Source: Bacteroidales bacterium (GTDB lineage: Bacteria > Bacteroidota > Bacteroidia > Bacteroidales > JACABE01). Taken from it: a DNA stretch of 64,000 bases. The position numbers and the translations under genes are program-made. Shown piece after piece: positions 27,601-34,592 of this stretch. Under the pieces are notes generated by a model. The model made no database searches, was not told where the DNA came from, and saw only the letters and a list, made by a program, of their open reading frames with translations. How positions within the stretch are numbered: position 1 is the stretch's first letter; every line of letters begins with the position of its first letter. Location of the stretch: the NCBI GenBank assembly GCA_038204725.1, contig JBBRCQ010000006.1, positions 3,638-67,637 on the forward strand. Direction: 5' to 3'.

Positions 27601-28883
27601 GATTTATGCCATCACCTGTAGCTCTTGGTAACGACTGGAACCAGAATGCACCCGGACTGGGCTTTATTTTTGGTTCACAGGAAGACTTAAGAGAATCGGC
27701 TGCCCGAAAAAGATGGCTTTCAACAGACTCATTAAGCAACAATCCTTATTTAACCAAATACACTTCTACTGTTAATGCTAGAGCCAGTTTTGAACCCATT
27801 CCTGATTTAAAAATAGAATTTACTGCCAACAGAACTTACTCCGAAAATGTGAGTCAATTTTACAGAGTAATTCCATTAACAGACTCAATATTAAAGTCAA
27901 TTCCAACAACAAGTGGTAGTTTCAGTATTTCATATATGACTATTTTGACATCCTTTAGTGCTGATAATGTAGATTATTCCAATGCTACTTTCCAGAAGTT
28001 TCTGGATAACCGTCAAATTATAGCCTCAAGGCTTGCCAATGCCAATCCTAACTGGAATCATCAATATACGGTTGATACATTAACTGGTCAGTCCTATCCG
28101 GATGGATACGGCCCCACTTCTCAGGATGTTTTAATTCCTGCATTTATGGCTGCATATTCAGGTAGAGATCCCGGTGGCATCGGTCTCAATCCATTTCCTA
28201 AATTTCCAATCCCTAACTGGACTTTAAACTATACAGGATTAGGTAAAATTAAAGCTTTCAAAAATATTTTCAGAACCATCACTATTTCGAATGCATACCG
28301 TTCAAGCTACAGTGTTGGGTCTTTCAGAAATGATATCAAATCCAGACAGGAAAATGGATATGAAACAATCAAAAATATGTCGGGTAATTATCTTTCAAAT
28401 AATCAGATTGATCAGGTTACTATTACCGAACAATTCAGTCCACTTGTTAAAGTTGAAATATCCTGGGTAAATAGTTTGTTGACCAATGTAGAATTTAAGA
28501 AATCGAGAAATTTATCCCTGAGCTTTGTCAATAATCAATTAACAGAACTTACCAGTAATGAGTTTATCATAGGGTTAGGTTATCGGATCAAAGATGTTGA
28601 AATTATAATCGGGAAATTATTAAAAAGTGATATTACGCTGAAATGTGATTTTTCGATTCGTTCCAATAAAACAGTGCTCAGAAGAGTAGATCTGAATGTA
28701 AATCAGATTTCTGCCGGGCAACAGGTTATTTCGCTTAATTTTTCAGCCGATTATATGCTCAATGAAAGGTTTACTTTAAGAGCATTTTTCGATAAAGTCA
28801 TCAACAATCCTTTTATATCTTCATCATTCCCCAATTCAACTACCAATGCCGGAATAAGTGTCAGATTTTCGCTGGCTCAATAA
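21669..28883 (+). CDS. sprA: cell-surface protein SprA (T9SS outer-membrane translocon)
   Basis: 2404-aa ORF with an N-terminal hydrophobic segment. Size, beta-rich composition, aromatic C-terminal beta-strand end and ruvA-sprA-gcvH neighbourhood match SprA of gliding Bacteroidota. GTG start assumed. Confidence 0.85.
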   Translation: MRIYRYLISLLFITAFVAIFFQLPMLNGTPVGVGSFMYYPEIIPLNPPDSNLRFPIPNTTDPFTGNKPPHPMYLNEPSNVSDSVVYDPINNEYIFNSKMGNLDYRTPNSMSFEEYQNYDMDKSLQGYWRERSKSANSSNRGGLIPQLKVGSEVFEKIFGSNTIDIRPQGSAELIFAVINNKRDDPSIDIKQRSTTNFDFQEKIQMSVIAKIGDKIEFKTNYNTESMFAFENKLKLRYEGKEDEILQLLEAGDVNLPLNTTLIQGSQSLFGIKSKLKFGRTTVTTVFSEQKAETKNITVQGGAETNTFNFKADQYEENKHFFIAHYFRNKYNNALSTLPIIGSNINITKIEVWRTNIGAPTTNNRNIVAFTDLGENAPFNTNIVAGNPGNDRPSNNSNTLTNLLDTAQIRNINTVSAYLNGAPLGYVSGQDFEKIESAKKLMPSEYYFNAKLGFISLNSALNSDQVLAIAFQYNIIGDTTNYQVGEFSDEGINDPSSLIVKLIKSTNLNTRGPLWKLMMKNVYSLGAYQVNQQDFRLNILYSGDKGGVPTGYFNDGPKKGISLIRLLHLDTMDAQMNPTPDGVFDFIDNAATLGGTVQANNGRIYMPLIEPFGKDLRAILADTFYASKYCFDSLYTLTKTEAQQYPDKNKYLLEGFYKSASGSEISLGGFNIPQGSVKVTAGGIPLTENVDYTVDYTLGRVRIINEGILNSGSPINISMESNSMFNIMTKRMMGMHANYEVNKDFNIGGTIMNLSQSPLTQKVNYGDEPINNTIWGLDLAYQTESRFLTKMIDALPFFQTKVPSKINFYSEFAHFIPGHSSAIGATGTSYIDDFEGSKSSLDMKNIGNWFLASTPQGQTQAGMFPEAAQGIKLDYGFNRAKLAWYVIDPIFYRSEARPSNVTKEDISKPYVREVYETEVFPNKELPSGQPSNISVLNLAFYPTERGPYNYDVNGIAGISTGLNADGSLRNPDQRWAGIMRKIETTDFEATNVEYIEFWMMDPFIENPTHAGGQLYFNLGDISEDILNDGRKSFENGLPTSSVVTNVDTTIWGRVPKLQALVNSFDNNASSRQFQDVGYDGLNTADELTFFDTAYIQKILTFLGPSSQAYLNAVADPSADNYHYFRGSDFDQNPLYADIVERYKRYNGPDGNSPTSDQSTESYPTNATTMPNVEDINIDNTLSESENYFQYVIDLKPNKMEVGQNFITDINFAQGVRLPNGGTTNVKWYQFKIPLRTPDKTVGKIQNFQSIRFMRMFLKGFSQSIVCRFATLELVRGEWRKYNNQLLTPGDYIPGDQSGTTFDVSAVNIEENGKRTPIPYVIPPGIEREINNTTTNLQKLNEQSLSMKVINLVDGDARAIYKTTDFDFRQFKKLKMYVHAEKAKVDEDVKYGELTTFIRLGSDFTQNYYEIEVPLIFTTWGTSSLEPSAIWPDDNEMIVDLIKLVAVKERRNQLVRAGNANATNYYVETDGKYRYTVVGSPSISNVNTLMIGLRNPKKRSLLDADDMLPKSAEVWVNELRLTDFNDRTGWAATSRVRANLADLGDVALSGTYSTAGFGSIEKKINETQKENITSYDIATNIELGKFFPEKIGLKIPMHYDYSKSISNPEYNPLDPDVKLADDLETYQSESQKDSIRQLVQDYTTRKNLNFMNVRKERTGASTKNRVYDVENLDISYSYSEIYRRNIDIEYDVKKIYRGGLGYNFANIPKNVRPFEKIRFISKYKVFSLVKAFNFQYSPKLMSFRTEMTREYNENKLRNKSAGLILLEPTYFKKFEWSRIYGFRYDPASSLQLEYNATANATIDEPQGRIDTKEKKDSVWSNILDLGRPQRFNQNINISYAIPINKMPIFNWLTAQARYGADYRWEASPLSLQKRLGNTIENNNTKQLNLSVAVTSIFNKIKYLENLNKSSQPSRTPVMPNRRGRANMQNEMPVETSADNDSIKKKTNYFKEIGDGVLRFIMGFKTASISFTENNGILLPGFMPSPVALGNDWNQNAPGLGFIFGSQEDLRESAARKRWLSTDSLSNNPYLTKYTSTVNARASFEPIPDLKIEFTANRTYSENVSQFYRVIPLTDSILKSIPTTSGSFSISYMTILTSFSADNVDYSNATFQKFLDNRQIIASRLANANPNWNHQYTVDTLTGQSYPDGYGPTSQDVLIPAFMAAYSGRDPGGIGLNPFPKFPIPNWTLNYTGLGKIKAFKNIFRTITISNAYRSSYSVGSFRNDIKSRQENGYETIKNMSGNYLSNNQIDQVTITEQFSPLVKVEISWVNSLLTNVEFKKSRNLSLSFVNNQLTELTSNEFIIGLGYRIKDVEIIIGKLLKSDITLKCDFSIRSNKTVLRRVDLNVNQISAGQQVISLNFSADYMLNERFTLRAFFDKVINNPFISSSFPNSTTNAGISVRFSLAQ

Positions 28884-28920
28884 ATTTATAAAAATATTGT
28901 ATAGTGTTAATAAAATATTG

Positions 28921-28928
28921 TAATTTTG
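28921..28928 (+). promoter_or_regulatory. -7 box TAATTTTG upstream of gcvH
   Basis: Perfect TAnnTTTG, 26 nt before ATG 28954. Confidence 0.4.
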
Positions 28929-28953
28929 ACAATCAAAAAAAAATCAAAATATC

Positions 28954-29334
28954 ATGCAAATACCAGAAAATTTAAAGTACACCAAAGACCATGAATGGTT
29001 AAGAGTGGAAGGTAACGAAGCCTTTATAGGCGTTACCGAATTTGCTCAAAGTGAATTGGGCGATATCGTTTTTGTTGAAGTAGAAACTGTAGGCGAAACC
29101 CTTGACAAAGAAGAAACATTTGGGTCTATTGAAGCTGTAAAAACAGTTTCTGATATGTTTATGCCTGTAGCCGGTGAAATCCTCGAATTCAACGAAGAAT
29201 TGGAAGCAACACCTGAAATTATCAATTCGGATCCTTACGGAAAAGGATGGATTGTAAAAGTTAAACTTACAAATCCAGCTCAGGTGAGCGAATTGTTGGA
29301 TGCTGCCGCTTACAAAGCATTGATTGGCGCATAA
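28954..29334 (+). CDS. gcvH: glycine cleavage system protein H
   Basis: [30 protein letters not shown]......[11 protein letters not shown] (lipoyl-lysine context). Confidence 0.95.
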   Translation: MQIPENLKYTKDHEWLRVEGNEAFIGVTEFAQSELGDIVFVEVETVGETLDKEETFGSIEAVKTVSDMFMPVAGEILEFNEELEATPEIINSDPYGKGWIVKVKLTNPAQVSELLDAAAYKALIGA

Positions 29335-29352
29335 ATTTTAAAGATTTATTTA

Positions 29353-29396
29353 AAAAAAAGCTTTATCAGATTTTTCTGATGAAGCTTTTTTTTTGG
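29353..29396 (+). terminator. rho-independent terminator after gcvH
   Basis: AAGCTTTATCAGA-TTTT-TCTGATGAAGCTT followed by T8. Confidence 0.85.
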
Positions 29397-29488
29397 ATTA
29401 AATTACCATCTTCCCAGGGAAATTTATAAAGATGGTATCCCATCCACATTAAGTTTCTATTTCAAACTCCTCTTAATTTTAATATCTT

Positions 29489-29550
29489 CCTTTTTTAATC
29501 AGATTTTAATATCGATTTAATATTATATTAATATACAACATATTACTTTG
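29489..29550 (+). promoter_or_regulatory. phased-repeat promoter, site 1 (4 x 11-bp TTAAT repeats plus -7-like TTACTTTG)
   Basis: CCTTTTTTAAT CAGATTTTAAT ATCGATTTAAT ATTATATTAAT. The TTAAT copies end at 29499, 29510, 29521 and 29532. TTTG ends at 29550, 18 nt after the last repeat. Confidence 0.6.
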
Positions 29551-29910
29551 TAAAATAAATTTTTATATGCATTTATTTTTTGCTATTTTAAGAATTGGCA
29601 GAACTTAACAGTTAAATTAACATCGGGTTGAAATTGTATTTTGTAAAACATCTTTTTTGATATTTAAATTGATTTTTCTTTGAATGGTCAGTTTATTCCG
29701 TCCTATTATCTAAAATTGCCCACTCGTTTATCTGCTTTCTAAATTAATAGATACTTGAGTTTTTGCCATCGCATTTATGCAATTCTGCATTTAATTCAAT
29801 TCGTAAATATGATTTTTTTAGCGACTATATGCTTATGTACAAATGGAAATTTGTATTTTTAAAAGTGAGTTCAATAATTTAAAAACAGTAATAAATAATA
29901 AGGTCACATC

Positions 29911-31446
29911 ATGATTTCAGAGGAAAAAATATTGTATGAACCCAGAAATTATACTTCTATAAAATTATGGAAAGATGTAACAAAAGAACAATGGAATGAT
30001 GCCAATTGGCAAATAAAAAATGCTATTCGCAACATTGAACAGCTTAAACAGGTTATAAAACTAAATTCTTTTCAGGAAAGTGAAATTAAAAGAACATTAG
30101 AAAAATTAAGTAGTGAGGGAAAAGAAGCTTTGCGAATTACCCCTTATTATGCAACACTTATGCAGGAAGACCCATTTCATCCCGTGATGTTACCGGGCGA
30201 GAAACAGCAAAAAAGATTAGATCCTGTTTTCTGGCAAAGCGTACCCACACCGGCCAATTTATTATTTCCTGATACGGGCATGGAAGGTGCAATGTGTGAA
30301 GGCTCAAGAAGTTATGGGGCAGCTTATCAGCGTTATCCTAATAGGGTTGCGCTTTTTGTTGCAGAAAATACGAGTTGTGCTTCTTATTGTGTACATTGTC
30401 AGCGCTCAAAATCATTAGATGGTTCAGTAAATGTTACACATGATGAAATTAACAAAGGATTATTTTATATCAATTACAATCAAAACATTAACGAAGTATT
30501 GATTACTGGCGGAGATGCATTAATGATTAGCAGAAACCGGTTGCGATATGTATTGGAGGAACTGAGTAAAATACCACATATTAGGGTATTAAGAATAGCT
30601 ACCAGAGTTCCGGTTGTTCTTCCAATGGCTGTCACAGATGAATTATTGGAGTTGATCAATGATTCGGCCAATAGATACAACAAAGGCTTTGAAAAGTATG
30701 TTTATTTCATGACACATATTAATCATTATCAAGAGATCACAGAAGAGCTGGCAAATGCTGTAAAAAAGATTCGTATACATGGTTTTACCATCCGCAATCA
30801 AACTGTTTTGTTAAATCATGTAAACGATTATTATAAAACGTTGGCAGAAACGTTTCGACGGATGCTTTGGATTGGTATCCATCCGTATTACCTTTTGCAA
30901 TGTCACAAAGAAAAAGGTATTGTCCATTTTATTACGCCTGTTCAGGTTGGTAAAATTTTTATAAAAAATCTACAAGGATGGATTTCCGGCATTACGATGC
31001 CCAGATATGCAGTTAATATCGAAGGTGGCGGGGGAAAGGTACTGTTGATGCCATCAGGTCATGATACATTCAATATTGAAACTGATATTGAAAAAAGTAT
31101 ATCAGACAGTCATGCAAATGTTACTACATGGGACGGTAAATTGTTACTTAAATATGAAGCGTTGGGAAGGGCTTCAAAAGATGAATTTGAAAACGCTGTA
31201 AAAATAATGAATGATTTTATTGGACGAAAAAATGTATTCCTCCCAAAAGTCATTATTATTGATAAGGATGGAAACCATATTGAAACTACTAACCGGACTA
31301 AATTACCTACAATAAATAGTATAAAAAAATCGGATCTGCTGGGGTATAATTTAAATGACAATAATATGCCATTGACCAATCCTGGTGATATTATAGATCA
31401 ATTAGAAACACAATTTAAAAAGTCAACCTATTTCAATCGTAAATAA
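29911..31446 (+). CDS. KamA-family radical SAM aminomutase (lysine 2,3-aminomutase-like)
   Basis: CASYCVHCQRS (CxxxCxxC), ITPYYATLM, VLITGGDALM, GGGGK near the C-terminal core. About 100 aa longer at the C-terminus than the ~410-aa enzymes I remember. Confidence 0.8.
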   Translation: MISEEKILYEPRNYTSIKLWKDVTKEQWNDANWQIKNAIRNIEQLKQVIKLNSFQESEIKRTLEKLSSEGKEALRITPYYATLMQEDPFHPVMLPGEKQQKRLDPVFWQSVPTPANLLFPDTGMEGAMCEGSRSYGAAYQRYPNRVALFVAENTSCASYCVHCQRSKSLDGSVNVTHDEINKGLFYINYNQNINEVLITGGDALMISRNRLRYVLEELSKIPHIRVLRIATRVPVVLPMAVTDELLELINDSANRYNKGFEKYVYFMTHINHYQEITEELANAVKKIRIHGFTIRNQTVLLNHVNDYYKTLAETFRRMLWIGIHPYYLLQCHKEKGIVHFITPVQVGKIFIKNLQGWISGITMPRYAVNIEGGGGKVLLMPSGHDTFNIETDIEKSISDSHANVTTWDGKLLLKYEALGRASKDEFENAVKIMNDFIGRKNVFLPKVIIIDKDGNHIETTNRTKLPTINSIKKSDLLGYNLNDNNMPLTNPGDIIDQLETQFKKSTYFNRK

Positions 31447-31551
31447 ACGATTGAATGAATTAAAGATATCTGAATTAATTCCGGATGTCGTTTAACAAAA
31501 AGAAGATTTGTAACATAAAGCATGCTTGCAAATTAACATAAATTACTAAAA

Positions 31552-31992
31552 ATGAGTAAAATTAAACAATTAAATGCAGCAAATAAACCTACTGATGCTG
31601 AAAAAACAGAAATGGTAGAATTTTTATATGAACATCTCGAAATTTATGGAGATTCAAAAATTGCAATAGAAAAAGCAATTGACTATGCAACTATGGTATC
31701 ACTATCATTTGGTGGATTTGTATTGATTTCATATTTGAACGATCAAATTTCAGGTATTGTGGTGGTAAATAAAACAGGAATGAGTGATTATATTCCTGAG
31801 AATATTCTTGTATACATCGCAACACATAAAGATCAAAGAGGAAAAGGTATAGGTAAGCAATTAATGCAGAAAACCATTGAATTGGCGAAAGGAAATATAG
31901 CTTTGCATGTTGAAGCAGAAAATCCTGCCAAATTCCTTTATGAAAATGTTGGATTTGTGAAAAAATATGTAGAGATGAGATTAATTAAATAA
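31552..31992 (+). CDS. GNAT family N-acetyltransferase
   Basis: VYIATHKDQRGKGIGKQLMQKTIELAK (acetyl-CoA motif A, Q/RxxGxG) and FYENVGF. Confidence 0.75.
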   Translation: MSKIKQLNAANKPTDAEKTEMVEFLYEHLEIYGDSKIAIEKAIDYATMVSLSFGGFVLISYLNDQISGIVVVNKTGMSDYIPENILVYIATHKDQRGKGIGKQLMQKTIELAKGNIALHVEAENPAKFLYENVGFVKKYVEMRLIK

Positions 31993-32001
31993 GGAAATAT
32001 T

Positions 32002-33075
32002 ATGGCATTTATAACACTGGACGTAAAAAAACTAAAATCAAATTTTGCATTTCTGGATTTGCTGTTCAAAAAAAGTGATATTCAATGGTCAGTGGTAACT
32101 AAAATGCTTTGTGGAAATAAAGAATTTTTGAACGAATTACTTAAACTTGATATAAATCAGGTGTGTGATTCCCGGATTTCAAATCTGAAAACAATAAAAG
32201 GAATCAATCCCGCTATTGAAACCATTTATATTAAACCACCCGCAAAGCTGTCAATCAGTAGTGTAGTGAAATATGCAGATGTAAGTATGAATACGGAAAT
32301 TGAGACCATTAAAATGTTATCCGTAGAAGCTAAGAAACAAAACAAAACGCATAAAATCATCATCATGATCGAACTGGGAGAACTCAGAGAAGGAGTAATG
32401 GGTGATGATTTTATTGCATTCTATGCGGAAGTGTTCAAATTAAAAAATATTGAAGTAATTGGGATTGGGTCAAATCTATCGTGTTTATATGGGATACTCC
32501 CCAATCACGATAAACTTATTCAGCTCAGTTTGTACAAACAATTAATCGAAGCAAAATTCAACAAAAAGATACACTATATATCAGGAGGCTCGTCTGTTAC
32601 CATTCCGCTTATTTTTCAAAAATTACTTCCTAAAAGTGTCAATCATTTCAGAGTTGGAGAAACATTGTTTTTAGGCACAGATGTATATAATAATTCAACG
32701 TTGAAAAAAATGAATGCTGATGTTTTTCGACTTTATACTGAAATCATCGAATTAATTGAAAAACCGGTTATACCCAGAGGTGAGTTTGGAACCAATGTTG
32801 AAGGTGATTCCTATATCTTTGACGAAAAACTAATGGGAACAACTTCTTTCAGAGCTATTATTGATATCGGATTGTTGGATGTGGAAGAAAAACATATTGA
32901 AGCCATCGATAAAAATGTAAGTTTTGTTGGTGCAAGTTCTGATATGATTGTGATTGACTTAGGCGAAAATAAAAAAAATTATAAGGTCGGGGATTTACTC
33001 GAATTTAAAATGGATTACATGGGGACTTTAAGAATTATGAGCTCGAAATATATTGAGAAAAGATTAAAACAATAA
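32002..33075 (+). CDS. alanine-racemase-fold PLP enzyme (ornithine/lysine racemase-like, YhfX/Orr type)
   Basis: N-terminal barrel with VVTKMLCG (PLP-lysine context), ISGGSS and FRVGE motifs. About 355 aa. Confidence 0.6.
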   Translation: MAFITLDVKKLKSNFAFLDLLFKKSDIQWSVVTKMLCGNKEFLNELLKLDINQVCDSRISNLKTIKGINPAIETIYIKPPAKLSISSVVKYADVSMNTEIETIKMLSVEAKKQNKTHKIIIMIELGELREGVMGDDFIAFYAEVFKLKNIEVIGIGSNLSCLYGILPNHDKLIQLSLYKQLIEAKFNKKIHYISGGSSVTIPLIFQKLLPKSVNHFRVGETLFLGTDVYNNSTLKKMNADVFRLYTEIIELIEKPVIPRGEFGTNVEGDSYIFDEKLMGTTSFRAIIDIGLLDVEEKHIEAIDKNVSFVGASSDMIVIDLGENKKNYKVGDLLEFKMDYMGTLRIMSSKYIEKRLKQ

Positions 33076-33247
33076 CTATCTATAGATGGCCGAAATTTCG
33101 GAAATAGTTTAAATTATACGAATCAATTTAATAAAATTATATTTAATTGCTTTGAACATTAAATTTGAAAAGCTATAGGCAAACAAATGTATTCCAGGTT
33201 AATGCAATTATCTGCTGGTCTTCAGTGTTTCCACTTTGAAATTTTCA

Positions 33248-33310
33248 CCCCTTTTTAATCAGATTTTAATTTCGCTTTAATTGGATATTAATTTGCATAG
33301 ACTTATTTTG
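33248..33310 (+). promoter_or_regulatory. phased-repeat promoter, site 2
   Basis: CCCTTTTTAAT CAGATTTTAAT TTCGCTTTAAT TGGATATTAAT. The TTAAT copies end at 33259, 33270, 33281 and 33292. TTATTTTG ends at 33310 (again 18 nt), 14 nt before ATG 33324. Confidence 0.6.
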
Positions 33311-33323
33311 CAAATAAAAAAGT

Positions 33324-33713
33324 ATGTATCTAAGCATTATTCTACAGACCATTCATAGAAGCGGCGACGATTTAGTTAAATTAGACCCTTATGGAGCAGG
33401 ATTGGCAATCATTTCTATTTCCATCGTTTTTAGTGTTCTTTTGGCCTTATTCTTAGTTTTTAAATTCATTGGTAAGGTTTTTAAAGGAGATTTAAAATTC
33501 AATAAAAAAATTCAATCAGAATTAGCTGTAGTTCCGTTAACTAAAGATGATCCTTCAGGAGAAGTTTGCTGTGCCATTGCTATGGCACTCTATTGTTACA
33601 ATAATGAAAATCATGATTACGAAAATACAATTTTAACGATAAAAAAACAAGTAAATAATTATTCTCCATGGAATTCAAAATTCTACGGATTAAGAAAAAC
33701 TGTACGATTATGA
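33324..33713 (+). CDS. OadG-like (sodium-pump decarboxylase gamma subunit family) small membrane protein
   Basis: GAGLAIISISIVFSVLLALFLVFKFIGKVF TM helix, and C-terminal ...EVCCAIAMALYCY...HD.E...LTI......YSPWNSKFYGLR, a pattern I associate with Bacteroidetes OadG-family proteins. No decarboxylase alpha/beta genes nearby. Confidence 0.5.
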   Translation: MYLSIILQTIHRSGDDLVKLDPYGAGLAIISISIVFSVLLALFLVFKFIGKVFKGDLKFNKKIQSELAVVPLTKDDPSGEVCCAIAMALYCYNNENHDYENTILTIKKQVNNYSPWNSKFYGLRKTVRL

Positions 33714-33838
33714 AAGAAAATGATAATGACCCCTCAAAAGAAACCTCAAAAGATTTTCCTATTTTAAAAATAATTGTTTTTAGCATTTGGGCAATTTTGA
33801 TTTATTGTATTTATTATTTAGTCAAATACGGAGTTTAA
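33710..33838 (+). CDS. possible 42-aa single-TM peptide (ATGA-overlapped with the previous gene)
   Basis: Hand translation: MKENDNDPSKETSKDFPILKIIVFSIWAILIYCIYYLVKYGV. ATG 33710 overlaps TGA 33711-33713. Below the track's size cutoff. Confidence 0.35.
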   Translation: MKENDNDPSKETSKDFPILKIIVFSIWAILIYCIYYLVKYGV

Positions 33839-33899
33839 TACTAAATTTATCAACACTTTGTTGAATAAATTTGTAATTTTAGCGCAAATATTGAATAGG

Positions 33900-34589
33900 A
33901 TGCATTCCGTAAAAGTATTAATAGTAGAAGATGAAGTAAAAGTTGCCAATTTTATTAAAAGAGGATTGGAAGAAAATGATTTTGAGGCTGATATTGCGTT
34001 TGATGGATTGATGGGTTTGAAAATGTCGCAGCAAAATGAATATCATGTGATCCTTTTAGACATCAATTTACCCATTATCAATGGGTTTGAATTATGTAAA
34101 GAAATACGGAAAACAAATATACGGATTCCCATCTTAATGCTAACTGCATTAAGTGCAACAGATAATAAAGTAATGGGTTTTGAATCAGGTGCAGATGATT
34201 ATTTAGTTAAACCATTTGAATTCAGAGAATTAATAGTTAGAATCAAAGCTTTGTTAAAAAGATCACAAAGACAAATATTTACAAAAAGTATTTTAACGAT
34301 AGCCGATCTGGAAATGGATACAGACAGCAAAATCGTAAAACGAGGGAACGATACAATTGAATTAACGGCCAAAGAATTTTTATTACTCGAATATCTTTTG
34401 ATTAATAAAGGTAAAGTAGTTTCCCGGGTAGATATTGCTGAAAAAATCTGGGATATCACCTTCGACACCGGCACCAATGTAATAGATGTGTATGTGAATT
34501 TTATCCGAAAGAAAATTGACAAAAATTATTATCCTAAATTGATTCATACTGTGATTGGTATGGGATATGTATTAAGAGAAGGAGAGTAA
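33900..34589 (+). CDS. OmpR/PhoB-family DNA-binding response regulator
   Basis: VLIVEDE...ILLDINLP...LMLTA receiver domain, and winged-helix C-terminus LTAKEFLLLEYL...VVSR..I...W......TNVIDVYV..IRKKID. Start set to ATG 33900. Confidence 0.9.
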   Translation: MHSVKVLIVEDEVKVANFIKRGLEENDFEADIAFDGLMGLKMSQQNEYHVILLDINLPIINGFELCKEIRKTNIRIPILMLTALSATDNKVMGFESGADDYLVKPFEFRELIVRIKALLKRSQRQIFTKSILTIADLEMDTDSKIVKRGNDTIELTAKEFLLLEYLLINKGKVVSRVDIAEKIWDITFDTGTNVIDVYVNFIRKKIDKNYYPKLIHTVIGMGYVLREGE

Positions 34590-34592
34590 TAA

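Noticed and set aside
21669-28883. Numerous 60-90-aa antisense or out-of-frame ORFs inside sprA and other long genes, such as 22449..22640, 26057..26260 and 27503..27742.
   Set aside because: They are fully embedded in a long, well-supported CDS and have no independent signals.
29533-29910. A lysine riboswitch (L-box) in the long leader of the KamA-family gene.
   Set aside because: The sequence is very AT-rich, without the conserved GC-rich helices or AGAGGCGC-type core as far as I can see. Only weak AT hairpins are present.
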